The notes: generated from the sequence alone by a model not told the origin. A DNA stretch of 64,000 nucleotides from Phoronis australis (GCA_002633005.1 NMRA01000014.1:1920392-1984391), one strand, 5' to 3'; numbered from the stretch's first letter, positions 27,609 to 41,764 are shown. Program-made: numbers and translations.

Positions 27609-30600
27609 GTAATTTCTGACTTTCAATTTATACCTATAATTACTTTGTCAAGATAATTGGCCAGAAAAGCTAGCTTCACATTCAAAATAAACCTTTGCAC
27701 CGGATTATGTTAACATTCACTAATGAACACAATGCACATGCGACACATAATCCATATCCGAATTGAGGTGATGCTAGCGGGCTCAGTCAACGAATAGCAA
27801 ATATCCGTGCCATGAACAGTAGACCGAATTTTTGCCGACATCTAACATCGGCATTCTTACAATTCGCTCCAACGACTGTGTAGACTTCCATTTCAGAGTT
27901 ATTGACTAAACAAATGGTTTATGTGATATGTTTGTAATTAAGTCCACCTTTTAAAAATAAAAAGTTGAACAAACACAGTTATTTGTTTGCACTACTGTGC
28001 ATGGGTAAAAATAAGGCGCATACTAACCTATGGAGAACGTTGACTTCCGCGCAATTCCGGGATGTCTGTTGCAGTTTTTACGCGTGATACCTGATCAGAT
28101 TCTCAGGTGTGGACAACAGTGAACACTGATCCGGTTCCGGTTTGTTATAATCAATGATATGTATATAAGAAAGGTAATTTGCACGAAGTGCTAGATTATC
28201 TTTATTATTTGCAGGTTTGTGGCCATGCATAATTAAATCTCGTTACTAGCAGACTGATCCTATTTACATGTATAAAACAGGCGTCATGAATTGGACACAA
28301 AATAAGATCACAGGCCTACCTAGTTAGATTTAGAAACCCCATGAAAAGACGATCAAATGAACAACACCATTTAAGCTTTCCTCGTCGTTGTTTTCCAAGT
28401 CCAGGGCCCGTGATGTAATCTTTACATACGAAAGCGGACTCGATGACCTCTAGATTCAAACTACATGCAGGACCTCGGGGCCACCAAGTGCAAGCCACTA
28501 GACAATCGTCCACGTAAACCATGTTGTCTAGCACAGAATAATATAACATACCTCGAGTTCGCAAAAAAAATAATACGCAAAATATGAAAATAAGTTGAAG
28601 TTCGATTTTGATTACAAAGATTAGACCGCGGGCACATGGTTCTTGCACGATCAGCACAGGACCCTCACTGTCCTGACACAAAAGAACTCAGAAATCTTAG
28701 AAGTTTTCATTTCGTTATCTAACAAACCTCTTAAAATTTCGTTGTGAAAACACGCTCTGATCATAATAGTTCAAACTCTGTTGAAGTGCTTGTTGACCCA
28801 TAGGTCATTGTAAAAGGCTAGTTTATGGTTTGACTCTTCAATAATTACAATAATAACTTGCCAACAATGGGACGTTTCTAGACATTAAACTTTCATGAAA
28901 CAAGAGCCCTGGGCTTCATTCATTTACGGAGTAGATTCGAGTCCATTGTTTCCTGACGTCGCAGACACAAATGATATTCGTCTTCTTGATTAGCCTTAAA
29001 ATATACGTTGAACAAATTTAATATGGTGGTGACCTAAGTCTTCTTACTGGCAATCATATTTTGTATACCAAGTTGCTTACCTGATTTGTGTACTGGGTGT
29101 TGTATATTTTGCATGACATTTTGTGGTAATATTATTCCAGAGAGACTGTGGATGCCCTTCCGTATAGTTGTGCTCTGTAGTATTTTTGTAGATACTTTAT
29201 TTTTATTTCATAGACATATAATAGATGTGAAAGTTTCCGTGTGAAGTTCTTCATGTAGTACATAGTGTGATACACAGTAGCTGGCAATTAGCAACTCTAA
29301 TAAAAATCTTATTTTTATGCTGTGTGACACTGTGCATTTTGGTACCTGGTCATTTTGGACAGGCCGGGTTCGGCACCTTATGCAACCTTCGAATATTTGC
29401 GAATTTTTGCTGTTGTCTAAGTTGGTATTAAGAAGGTATTTTAATCAGCAGTACATTTTTTCACTTCGTGTATATCCTGTCTTAACAGTGATTTGAAAAG
29501 TTGTGTTCTCACTCTATAATTTATAACCTCACTTTTGCTAAAACTAACAGCCTTGTGTATTTCTTTTGTGATTGGCAACCGAATGTCTTATCACTTCGAA
29601 TTTCATATCCAAATTTGCCAGCCCATTAGGTGTTCATGCTGTACTTAATTTAGATATTACTGAACTTTAGTTTTGTATCCAGGTTAAAAGTTACGGTCTT
29701 GCTTTATGGTTACGAGTGATGAAAATTTCAAAAATTTTCCAACATGGTCTGTATCTCAAAAACAGCTTATCAAACTCAAACGAAACAGACACTATGCTAT
29801 CGACATTGCTCTCCAGAATAAAGGGCTTGTTTTTGAATAAGAAACCGTCAAAAGTGAGACTTTAATTAATGATTTTGATGAAAATATCAGTTTTCATCTT
29901 AAAAGCCGTATAAAATAAAAAATACGTATTGAAAACTGATTTTGAGATATGTTCATGAATATATCTATATATATGAAATGAAATTTGGCCATGCTGATAA
30001 TGCTTTATTTTTCCTGCAATTTTTTTATTTTAGTAAAAGAAAACATGTTCATGTGAAGGCAGATTTGTGTTGAGTAAAAAATTAAATACTACAATCTTTC
30101 TATTTTCAGAAAACATGTACCTTTTTAGTACAATTATGGAATTTTGCAGGAAATTTGACTAAAAGCACATGCTTCCTGGTGAGGTTCCTCACCAGAAATT
30201 ATCATAATTCTCTACCCTTTGTAGTATGCAAGTTATTTACGGGTGAGAAACAACATGACCGCCGGTCCCGCAAATCGGACCGACTCGCCACAAAACAGCA
30301 CCCTGGCACCAGAAAATGGGACCGCACCCAAAAACATGACCGCCCTTCCACAAAACAGGCCCGCCGGAGACTGAACATGACCCCCGGGGATTGAAACCGC
30401 AATGACAATCAGGCTAAGTTTCGTGACCGATCAGTTGACACTAGGCCTATACAGATCATACTGTCGGGCTATATACGTATGCAGATCTTATGGGATTTAT
30501 CCACCGAAATCTTGTGTGCTCAACAGGGCACTTCGCTTTAAAAACGCGGCGCTTTTGAGTTTTACTTCACCAGGCTCTGCTGCAGTATGTGACTTATGAA

Positions 30601-31921
30601 CAATTGAAAGAAGGTCAACATTTAAAATTAATACATCTAACCACAAACCAACCACGTTGCACACTTTTGAGCTAAATAATCATAATTTTATCCACTACGT
30701 AAGCTTTAGAGCAAAATGAAATTCATTTTCTGCAATTTGACGTTTTAGTCAAGTCAAAAATGGGAGTTATGATTAGTATCACTGGAGGATTGCCCCTAGA
30801 TAGCCTGCGGGGGCTACCTCTTACCACGGTTTTCACAGACCTTACCTTCCCTACCACTTTGACATACTTTTACGAGGCACGTGCACTGGCTTGTTTACTC
30901 TAACAAGGTAGTGGACACAACTGAGATTACAAAATGAGCTGATTGATAGACAAGTGCCAAGTGGACGTCTCGGAACAGATTCCGAGTCAGTTGCCCTAAA
31001 AGTCTTTACTAACTGAGGACGTATAAGAGCCATCGGGGATCGCAAATAATTCCAGCTCTCAGACTGATTTCCAAATAAAATGTTACAGTGGTAATAGCCA
31101 ACTCGTGATCCGTTAGCTGTGCTAGCCTTTTCAATGGGGAACAACCAATTCCTTCGGCTCGCTCTCCATTTTGAACTTCCTGGGTGTACGTGAACTTACA
31201 TGTAGAATTTTGCTTATTCTCAAGATCGCGTATGCGTGATCTTGGAACTTAATATCAATTAAAGCAACCAGGTGATTTTTTTTTTGTTCATTCCAAAGAC
31301 TTTTTATCATTATTGACCCCACAATCACCCAATTTCTTCTGCACCCAAATTTGTGTCATGGAATCGGAGGAATACGTGGACGGTTAATAGCCTATTGCTT
31401 GGTGAATAAGATCGTCAGTAGAAGAAAAAAAATACATATTGCTTTAAAAAAATATATTTTTGATTAACCTGTAATTTCGTCTAGTGCACTGAAAATTTTA
31501 ACAACCTTAACCAATTATTTGAGTAAACTTGCTAAGCTTACTCGGGCATGTGCGATCTTGAATTTAAGCAGAATTCTAAGCTCAAGCATACGACAGGATT
31601 CGACAACACAGTGTTCCTCAGCAACATATCACTTCGTCGGCCATCTTATTTAATGCTAAGAAATCTGTAATAAATTCAGTGTACATTGAAAAAATTCGAC
31701 GTCAAAGACCATTATTTGGGCTAAGGTTTCGACCAAAATGGTTTGCGTAAAGATCCGTTTCATGAAATTTTTAACAAAAATGAAGCAGAAATAGTATCTT
31801 TAAATAAATCAACAGAGTCCGCCAAATGGTTTAATGACACAGATTAGACTGCAAAACAACACGCTCATTAAAAATGTAGTAACTCCCAATCCGGCCATAT
31901 TGGTGGTGATGTATATATATA

Positions 31922-32750
31922 TATAGACTATTACAGGGCGAAGTCGTTATCCCCCATAATCTAGAGACCGAGTGGATTTTGGAAAGAGGGGAGTCAATCC
32001 CGACGACGATAATTCTACAAATCCATGAGGGCTCTAGATAAGGGGGATAACGTCTGAGAACAGGTAATAATCTATTTATACCACATACTGAACGATGAAC
32101 ATTGCAATGAATTGATCTACCTTTCTCAACTCGCCTCTACTTTTGTAACTACTGTCTATGTCTGAGGCATGGGGTCGGAAGTCGTGACATTTTAAGAAAC
32201 GCCAAGTTTTTCTTGTTAAAATTATCTTTTTATATGAACCAAATGAAAAATGAAACAAATAGAAATAAATTGAAACTGTAAAATAAATTTTAAGCAACTA
32301 GTTTAGCTATTTCCATTCTAAGCTTCCACAGTGAAAATATCGTCTGCAATAGTAGGTTACCAATGGTTACTGAGTATAATGCCCAATTCAAAGGATCCCG
32401 GCGACACATTACTCGCATTCAAACTGTAGATGGATGATTTTCAAGTGAGAGAAAATGACAGTTAAATTTTACTGAGTTAGAGATGTTGTTTATTGAAATT
32501 GTGCGTCTTATTTTTCATAGCGTATAAATGTCGGTACCATGCCGTTTGTTGAACATGCGATTGCTGCGCGTGCTCATTTAGTATTCCATTCTCACATTCA
32601 ATGACGCCAGCTGCTGCGTGGTGCAGTGGTAAAGTTGACGACTCGAAACCCGCCTTGGTTTTCCGCCAAAGTGTTATTTTACACCGTTAAATAATTAAAT
32701 GAGTTATTTAACGGTTGTATTGGCCATTTGGGGCTGATGTTGTGGTATAA
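31922..32750 (-). mobile_element. Helentron/HINE-like non-autonomous element, copy 1
   Basis: Collinear with 47055-47927: terminal long hairpin, sub-terminal inverted repeat TTATACCACA/TGTGGTATAA, and a partly deleted tRNA-like segment. Confidence 0.7.
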
Positions 32751-33752
32751 GAATATTTACAATAGCTCGAAACAGAACAACACTGTTATAGTTAACAATT
32801 CAAAATAATGGTAACACAACGATGTAATAACAACAATAATGGTGTAGCACAATACATGAATACTGACATTGGTTGAATACGGCAAGAAAGCAGTATGATC
32901 TTCATGATGAAGATAATACTCTAACGGGGCTCGATGTATAACTGCCGGTAGTTTGCCAAAATTATTTATTCGCGGAGTTAAACAATATAACAATAAAACA
33001 ACATTTATAATAAAACAAAACCAGGTTGAAACATACAGTGTTATGATTTCAACACGCTTTCAATATTATTTGCCCAGAGAAGCACTTCATTAGCAATTCA
33101 TCTATATTACAAGGAAGGTATTACCAGGATAGTAATGCCTTCCTGATATTACTAATCAATTTACACATTATAGACACGGATAAACAACAATAAGATAACA
33201 CCAACTAAATCAATGTGAGTCAGATGCTCTCCGGCTGTCTCTAGATTAAAGATTCTTACTTAACTGAAATATAAAATTTGGGAAACAATACTAAAGCGTC
33301 AACAGTGGATCATTACAATATTATTAACGTGAACATCCCTAGCTGATTCAGAAGCTGAATCTGGTCTTCATCCAAATAGTGCCACACACAAACGGACAAA
33401 ACATGGCCGCCGTACAACATCCTTGCAATCAAAGTCATCCACAACCGACTGCCCTTCATAATAAAATCTAGCAAGCACAACAGACTGGACCCCAATTTAC
33501 ATACAGTAGTGATAAGTTTCTCATACAAATACTAAACAAACTCAAAAGTATGCAAACTGCAAATTGCACCTAACATAGCAACACAAGCTGAGATCTGCAA
33601 CTTTTCCGATGCACTGCAGACTAGAATACAGTCCAAAGCAGGTCAGGCTCAATGCCTCTATTTAGCAGAATACAGAACCAGTTTAAAGTTGAATCACCTA
33701 CACATAATTTTAGCATAAAAACACAATACAACGCACTGAAATTAACTGCACT

Positions 33753-33820
33753 GGCTAATGGCCTAATGGTGGAGCTCCCGCAGTCTACACCTCGAGAACC
33801 TTGGTTCGAATCCCGTTAAA
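33753..33820 (+). repeat. tRNA-derived (SINE-head-like) fragment
   Basis: A-box TGGCCTAATGG and B-box GGTTCGAATCC at tRNA-like spacing. No acceptor stem or convincing anticodon arm. Confidence 0.5.
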
Positions 33821-35571
33821 ACATCTATTTTTACATGCACTAATTATTTTTATTTTTCAAAATATATAAAATACAGCACTATCCCAATACAAAATTGTAC
33901 AACATCCTACAACGTTGTAATAACAACAAGAACGATAACATAAAATATGGTTGGCAGTTGAAACAAAGTAACAAAATAACCTTAATACGAGATTCAACAA
34001 CAGTAACAACAACTCGAACGCTATTGCCACGGCAATACTATACTCTACGCGTGATAATACGTAGGTACGTAACTTCTGAGGGTGGGGGTGGTTGAACAAA
34101 TAGACAAAATGTTGGGTAAGGATAGGAAATGTTGGGCAATGTTCTTTCAATAAGTATTCCAAATCTGAGAGCTTTGAAACAGTGGTCTATTTGAACTCTT
34201 CTGTTGTATTAGTTGGCACTACTGAGCATTAGCCATTTTCCACAATACGAATATTTTCAGGTGGTCTTTTGCTTTTAATAATCAAAAAAGATAGAGTTTC
34301 ATTTGTAAAAATAGTCGGCAATCCTTTGCCATTACATGCCCCAATCACTAGCCTTTCTTACTGATTAGTTTAATTCTTAGGTTTGATTGTTGACATGACG
34401 TAAACAGCGTCGTTCAACAAGCGCAACGTGACATGTGAAAAATGACAGCAATTTTATTTCGGTTACTAAGCTAAGACTAAAACAGTTTCATGAAACGGAG
34501 CCCTGAAAGATCAACTCGTTTCATTAGTTACGCCCTGGATTTTCACCAAGCAGTGTTCTCCAGCGATAAAGTAGTAGGTACTGCAATTTTTAATCAAGCA
34601 AGTTTTAGGTCAATGATCATTAAACTTTTTTGGGAGTTCAACTAATCTCGTGGTTGTACACGTGGTATTGAGCATGTCGATGATATACTTTGAACTTGGA
34701 GCAACGGTAAGTTAGAGCAATGAGCTAAATGAAGAGTAGCAACGAAATCCCACGTGATTATTTTCACCAATGAGGACGCGACATTCTTTAGCTCATTGGT
34801 TAGAGCAAGTTCACTAATACAAAAGAAGTTGAAATTCTATTTAATTTCTGATGTAATGTTTTTGAAAGAATGAGACTCCTCACAACAGAGCAACGGAAAA
34901 AATATTAATGTTGTGGTCACTGCCATCATGCAATAAATAAAGAAAACTGCTTCACCACCCATTCGAGAATTAAATATCTGTACAAACGTTTAGACAAAGG
35001 AACAAAAGATTTGACCTAAGGTTTGGATTTTCATAAAACCTATCGCCAGCCAATGCTTAAAATCTCCTTATGCTTACAAGAATTGCCTCTCAGCGTCCAA
35101 CGACCGACAATTATTTTATAATACAATTTATAACAGCAGGAAATGACTGCCCTGTTCTACCTCAGACTTTGGTGGCAGTACTGTTGTTGTCTTGACGGAC
35201 ACATGAGAGAGCATGGCTACTGTACATGTATGCTGGTCCGGTGTTTCTGATAATTCACTACGATGACATGACTGAATACCGGTGGAAGGAAACGGGAATG
35301 TCCGCCTAATGAGTGATTTTTAGCGGTAGACATGGGTTAAATTTTTGCTCCATAACGGGGACCATATTTCGAAAAAATTCGATGGTCTCATTGTATGAGG
35401 GAAGTCTTTACGAACAAAGGTTGATTTGAGCTTTGATAAAACGCCACCGCGGCAGTAAGATGACAAAAGTAGACTTTGAAACATGGCTGAAGCAGGCTAT
35501 CGATTACGAATTGAAGAATACTTACAGGGATCTTTAAACATTGTGTGTGTACTGCCATCATATTAGTCAGT

Positions 35572-36519
35572 TTACTTTTTGCACGACATAAATTTGGCAA
35601 ATGCTTTACCAAACACCTCTACCTTAAAAGCGTAGAAAAGGGGATTTAACATGGAATTGCAAGCCAAAATGTCAAGAACAGAAAATCTTACAATCGTAAA
35701 CCACACTGGATCGTTGTTTGACGGGAGTCGCACGCGTGTAACTATAGCGACTGGTATGTTGCACAGGATAAAGAACAAAACAAACTGCAGCATGGCTTTC
35801 GTTATCTTGAATTGACTCTTTAGCGACTGGGAAGCATCCGACGATTGTATTTTCTTGCGCTGTTTGTAGGCCAGAATGGCGACATAAGAGTGAAAAGTTA
35901 CTATTAATGTCATCGGTATGTATATTGTCAAAATCAAATAAATGTCTCGAGCAGCTTTGCTTGGAATTTTGGTTTCAAAAACGCACCTCTGTTCCGGTAT
36001 GTCTGATGACGCTGTAATTAACAAAATAGCGGGTATAGTTAACGCAAGAAGTAAACCACACACGACTGCCTTTAAGTAAACGCGTCTGGTCATCAGGACT
36101 TCGTGCCGCAGAGGGAATTTGATGGAGATGAACCGATCTACAGCCAACACCGTTAGCATGTAGTTCGTGGCTGTCACTGCATAAAGTGTAGGATACATCA
36201 TTAATTTGCACGCGGTTGGACTTAAAATGTCCTCGACTGGTAGCGATCGCCAATGAAGAGGCACGATGTAAGTTCTAAACGCGCTAAGAGCTAGTGAAAA
36301 ACCAATAAGGAAATCCGTCTGGGCCAAAGCAACCACAACCATACTGATGTTTTCTGCTCGAACCTGTTGATCGGTAAAAAACAGCCAACCTACGATCGCG
36401 TTTCCTATACACGTTACTGCCGCAATGACAAAGTCAATCACCGAAAACACGTAAAACACAACTTCCGGAATGTCATTTGCGAGAAACCAGGGTAAGACAG
36501 TGTTGTTGTGCGATTCCAT
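35572..36519 (-). CDS. Single-exon orphan class A (rhodopsin-like) GPCR, 315 aa
   Basis: Seven hydrophobic segments: TM1 GN, TM2 LAQTD, TM3 Cys and DRF followed by PLRH, ECL2 Cys, TM5 P, TM6 FILCNIP, TM7 NSMLNPLFY. N-terminal NNT sequon. First ATG at 36519; the track start at 36573 is a GTG directly after an in-frame TGA. Confidence 0.92.
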   Translation of the reverse strand: MESHNNTVLPWFLANDIPEVVFYVFSVIDFVIAAVTCIGNAIVGWLFFTDQQVRAENISMVVVALAQTDFLIGFSLALSAFRTYIVPLHWRSLPVEDILSPTACKLMMYPTLYAVTATNYMLTVLAVDRFISIKFPLRHEVLMTRRVYLKAVVCGLLLALTIPAILLITASSDIPEQRCVFETKIPSKAARDIYLILTIYIPMTLIVTFHSYVAILAYKQRKKIQSSDASQSLKSQFKITKAMLQFVLFFILCNIPVAIVTRVRLPSNNDPVWFTIVRFSVLDILACNSMLNPLFYAFKVEVFGKAFAKFMSCKK

Positions 36520-37178
36520 CGAGGTCTGACCGTCGTTGTTCTCCACAAAAGTTGTGTCCGTAAAGATGACCACTCAAGCGAAAGATATCACACTTCTTTT
36601 TCTGGATACCAAACGATGTACAAATGAATGTCTTGATGGCACACACATTATATACTTCTGAAAATTAGCGTTATGTTTGTAACACTGCTCACGTGACGAG
36701 ACGGTGTTTGCAATTGTGACATGGCTTCAAGGGAGTCAGTAAGTGCTCATACATGTATGCAGTGTTCATGATTGAAGAATATCCGTTACAAAACCCAGTG
36801 GGTGTGAGCGTTATACCTTGGAAACTAGAATGTTACAAATATTGGATAGTGTGGTCAAATTAATTGACGTGACGATGACTTACATGCTTCTACCAAAAAT
36901 TCAAAACAGTGCATGCTCAATAAATATCTCTAGACACGAAAACAAATATTACTTATATGTATGATGGGTTGCATTCAGGGGTTTAGCAATAAACGTAGGG
37001 TAGAATTCAGGTAGTGGCGAATATGGTTGACAGAGTCGCAACAAAGGATAAGCGGGCACTCCCAACAAGGAGGTGGGGCAGGGGTGGTACAAATTTGATG
37101 ACCTGAAACTGATAACTACCGCGGGCATCCAGAACATCATGGGTAGTTTCGCAGACTTATAGTACCCCTTGAAGGTGA

Positions 37179-37288
37179 ACGTTATCTGCCCAAGTGCGAT
37201 TTTCAGTCATGTACGGCTAACTAATCTTCAATTTCAAGTTGAAAGATTAGCAATACATGACTGTAATCTGGACATGCGCAGATAACGT
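37179..37288. repeat. 110-bp imperfect palindrome (hairpin/MITE-like)
   Basis: Paired arms ACGTTATCTGC/GCAGATAACGT, CAGTCATGTA/TACATGACTG and CTAATCTT/AAGATTAG. Confidence 0.7.
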
Positions 37289-37640
37289 ACTCGTGCGATT
37301 AATATTTTAGGCTATAAAAAATAACCGAAGTGTTCTGGGCGGTTGTGCAAAATTGGTGGCGGCCATTATTTTCCGCCATGGCATGTGACAAGCCACGCCA
37401 CTGATGGTTGGCCATGTGAAGGAAAGATACTCGTATGCGTCATAATGAACCCACGTATTAAAAGACAAACAAAACGTTTTTTGTTTGCATTTTAGTCAAA
37501 CGCAATAACTGAGATAGTGACAGTTTTAAACTTTGCTATTGCGCGGTCGTAGCTGACCCAATACATCAGCTGAATGTGGTTTTTAGGTTTCCGGTGAGCA
37601 ATAGTTGTGTACCTGCATTCTCTCAATTGTGAACAATCTA

Positions 37641-38040
37641 ACGCCCCTCGGGCGATAATTCTACAAAATCCACATACTGCACGAGAAACATTGCAATGAA
37701 TCGATCTACCTTTCTCGACTCGCCTCGGCTTTGTAACTACTTTCTATGTCTGTTACCTGGGGTTGGAGGTCGTGACCTTTTAAGAAAAGCCGAGCTTTTT
37801 TGTCAAATAATGCTTTTACTCAAAACCAATTGAAAATTTAAACAAACTAGAAATAAAATGAATCTATAAATTAAGGTTTAGCAACTATTATAGGTTACTA
37901 CCCATTTTATCACGCTAAGCTTCGACCGTGAAAATATCGTCTGCCAAAGTAGGTTACCACTGGTAACTGAGTATAATGCTCAAGTCAAAGGATCCCGACG
38001 ACACGATACCGGCATTGAAATTGGAGATCGGTGATTTACA
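37641..38040 (-). mobile_element. Helentron/HINE-like element, truncated copy 3
   Basis: Highly similar to about 47140-47597, with an internal deletion joined at CCAC microhomology. Confidence 0.75.
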
Positions 38041-39083
38041 CTTTTGTGTGTTGCTGAATAGGCCACTTACTTTGTCCACCAAGATCTTTACACAGAAACC
38101 TATGATCAAAATTTCTAGGGGAAAACAATGTGATTACGTTTACAGTGAAATTTTCTGTATAGATGTTTAGAAAATTGTGAACATTTGATATGTGTAGATG
38201 TTTCGGTTACTTGCTCCATTTTCAAATTATGTCTACAGGCACTTGGTTTGTTCGACTGGCGCCAGGGTCATATCCAGGATTTTGAGTCAGGGTAGAGTAG
38301 TAGCCAGGATTTTTCCCGTCAGACATTCGCATCCCGAACTGCCACTGGGCGCTATGTTATTCATGTAGAGTTCAAGTTCTAACGTGTTATGGTACTGCTG
38401 AATTGCCTCACTGAGTTGCCTTAGATACTGAAATTTCTTGGACGCACCTTTAAAAATTCCTTCATGTACCAGATTAATTTGACAACAGCGTAGAGACATT
38501 TGGTGATGCTCGGTGCTTTTCCATTGTATGTCACTCTATTTACTCAAAATGCATTGGTCAGAAAAGTAAAAGATGGAAACTTCATTTAATTGAATGTCAA
38601 GTTCCTCTGGTGTCAGACAATTTCTCAAGAAACAAAACATAACAAGTTATCTATATAATATATATTACCTCTCAAACACACATACGCACAAAACACAAAC
38701 TCATAATAATGATTGCCGATACGAGAATTGCTATAGTTCACAAGGGTCTCAGTGTCTCTTTATGGTCCTACACGTGCCACAACTTCTCAGCACCAGAGAT
38801 TTTCACTGCTTGACAAATATTACGCCGCCCAGCTTGACCAGCCTCCGGCACCCAGGGTTCAGCTGAGTGGTGATAAAACTTAAGGGTCACGTGTTCCAAA
38901 GCGTTTTGACTGGTATGAACACCATGTGCTTCAAACACAAAGTAAGAGTGTGCCAAAGCACAACTGCCCTCCGCTCAAACTACTCAAACTATCGGTAGGC
39001 TGCCCAGTAACACATGTATACCAGCATAATCGTGACAGCTACCTGCACTTGTTAAACGAGCACATTTGCGTAATAATATAAAG

Positions 39084-39240
39084 CATGCGCGCACCCAAGG
39101 GAGCTCGAATGAGCCCCCCCATTTGGCGAAGGGGGAAAAAGGTGCGCCCCTTTTTTTAGTCCGCTGGCTATTTTGTTACCAAAAGGTCCACAACGTTAGG
39201 AATTCGAGCCCCCCCATATTGAAGACTGGGTGCGCGTATA
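39084..39240 (+). mobile_element. MITE, CATGCGCGCACCCA-terminus family (short copy)
   Basis: CATGCGCGCACCCA...CTGGGTGCGCGTATA with a GAATGAGCCCCCCATTTGGCGAA core. Confidence 0.7.
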
Positions 39241-39747
39241 TACAAATCAGACTAAATTGTGACATTGAATTACAAATATATTACAATTTCGAACGGATTA
39301 GATTGTTTTTTTACCGTCAAGGACATGTGTTGACAAGCAAGGTATATTGTAGATCCACGTACATTGTCAAAATACCCGGGAATAATAGAATGCCTACTTT
39401 GAATGTAAGGCTGAAAGATTTGGTCGAGATGTCTGGAAATTTTATATGAAATGGTAAGAGCTTGTGAAATAACATGCAACAGTGATAGATCGGGTTCATG
39501 TGTTTAGGGAATACCGTAAGTATAACCTTCAGAGTTGTCACCCCCAGTTACTTTGAAGGCTTTGTGACAACCTTGATGGTCCTGTTCAGGTCTCGCTTCA
39601 AGTCCGTTTCACTAATTAGCATACTGGATTTGTCAAAGCAATTGGGTTCATTCGTGAGGATGTTTTTACCAAACTTGTTTGCACGACTAATGTCCAGGCT
39701 ACATATCGGTTGTCCTTGAAAAACTTGGCCAGCCACCAGGCTGCGTT

Positions 39748-39750
<3 letters not shown>

Positions 39751-39796
<46 letters not shown>
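39751..39796 (+). repeat. (GT)23 microsatellite
   Basis: Perfect 46-bp dinucleotide run. Confidence 0.98.
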
Positions 39797-39800
<4 letters not shown>

Positions 39801-40430
39801 GTGATATTTTTCCGACACTTAGTATACTCTGACCTCTGTTAGTCCTTGATATTAACGAATACTTCCACTTTTAAATTGTTTGGCAATTTCTTGGGTTCGA
39901 CCTATTTGCAGATTTTGAGTTTATTTCGGAAATTAGACCCTATATATAGCAACTCACGTTAACTACTATTTAAAACAGTAAGACACGAGGTTATGTGGTT
40001 CAAGTAATTTGATGTCACCTTTGTATAGTCTTTAAAGTTTTTCATGAGGATTTCTGCTTCGTAAATTCGTGTTTCACATGATCTGCGGTACGCTGAAGGA
40101 TTTATTCCTTCAGATTCTTTGGAGTGTTGGAGTGTTTAAGGTGACAATACGAAGGTGAATGTCGCACGATTTTCAGCCGTCGATGGGTGAGCGCAGGTTG
40201 TCACTGACCAGTCCTAAGTTATAGCCTTCGATATGACTGGTTCGAAGGCAATACCTTTACTACCGTACGTTCACAAGTGTGCTAAAGTAAATGACCTGCG
40301 TAATGTCTGTTCTGTGCTCCAACCAGTGCGGCGAGGTTTAATTGACTGGTGAATCACTTACCGCAACTGTTACAATCGTGGTTCAATAACCTGCTGACTC
40401 TGCTAGCTCTCTATTGGCTAACATTGTAAC

Positions 40431-41764
40431 CTGGGCCCGGTCTCTAATCTCCGTACTCAGACTCGGTGTATTCAATGTCATACTCGAAAAATCTGTACTC
40501 GAAATTTCGAGCACGTACTGTACTCAGTTTTCGAGTGTACTCGAACTGAAGTGTATCTCATCTATATTTCGAGTACGATTTTGAGTAAAAATTCGGAGTC
40601 TATGCTCAAATTTCAAGTTTGGTATGGCAGTGTGCTTGAACTCGTACTCGAAAATAAATACGAGCCAGAGAACAAAATATCGAAAGGGAACCAAGAAACG
40701 CAGCAAATCTAAAAAATAAGTCCTCTTACCGTATCTCAGCACTTCAATTTCAGTTCAGAGATAATAGTTTTCATCTTAAATCTTCTTATTCTTCACCTTA
40801 TTAACCCGCCGTATCACTGTATGTTATGGCCGCCATTCTACCTTTAGAATTCCTGGCAACAGGCGCATTGTAATCCCTTGTCGGCGAGTCATAACAAGCG
40901 TCGAAAGCAGTTGTGGGAAAAGTCGTGTGAGAAGTTTGTGCTTCCCTTATTTAGGTATGTGTGCCTACGTTTTGTAGGGTTTCCAAAAGACGAGGAGGCG
41001 AGGGAAGTTAAAAAAAGTTCGCTTCCCTGTCAGGTACATTTCTCATCATAACTTAGTCATCTATAATTCCTCAATCCCCAAATGGAATTTTAGATTTTGT
41101 TTGCCGATTTCTAAGTAGACGTCTCGTCCCGTTCACTGCCACTGGTGAACTCTGAATGCCTGCACAAGTATTGTTTTTTAACTCACATGCCAAATGTCAA
41201 CTCACTTGATACGTCCCGGTAAAATACAAAGATGCAATATCAAAGTTTTACACCAGCGTAGGCCTACACAGCAATGGGTTTTATGTCAAGACTAAATTAG
41301 CAACAGAGATGTGATGTGATAAGCTGTTACATATTTCTTAAGACATTTTCGGAACTGGTTTAGGAACTGAAGAAGTAAAGCTTAATAATTGCCAAATGTA
41401 TCAAAGAAATAGCATAAGAATATTTATTGAAACTAAAAATTGAATAAAAGTTACAGAACACTCAGAATTTCACGTTATAGACATAGGCCTACTCTTGTAG
41501 TTGTAGCGACAGCAGACGATAATGTAGGCCTAGTTCTTGGGGTGGTCTATTCCGCCAATAGGGAGCTATGAATCAGCGCGGCTTTGCGTGATTTCGCATT
41601 TCACACTGATAAAGAGTTCCATAGCAACTCGAGTATGAGTGTCAGATTTGAGTACGTTTGGGGTCTACTCGAAATACGAGTACGACTCGAGTGAGCACGA
41701 TTTTGAGTATGAAATCTCAAGTATGAGTATGAGTCCGAGTACGGAGATTGGAGACCGGGCCCTG
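40431..41764. mobile_element. Non-autonomous TIR element with sub-terminal GTACTC/GAGTAC repeats
   Basis: TIRs GGGCCCGGTCTCTAATCTCCGTACTC / GAGTACGGAGATTGGAGACCGGGCCC. Arrays of GTACTCG-type motifs at both ends. No clear TSD. Confidence 0.7.

Noticed and set aside
33753-33820. Functional tRNA gene (also 47767-47835)
   Set aside because: A and B boxes are present but the acceptor stem and anticodon arm do not pair; treated as tRNA-derived repeats.
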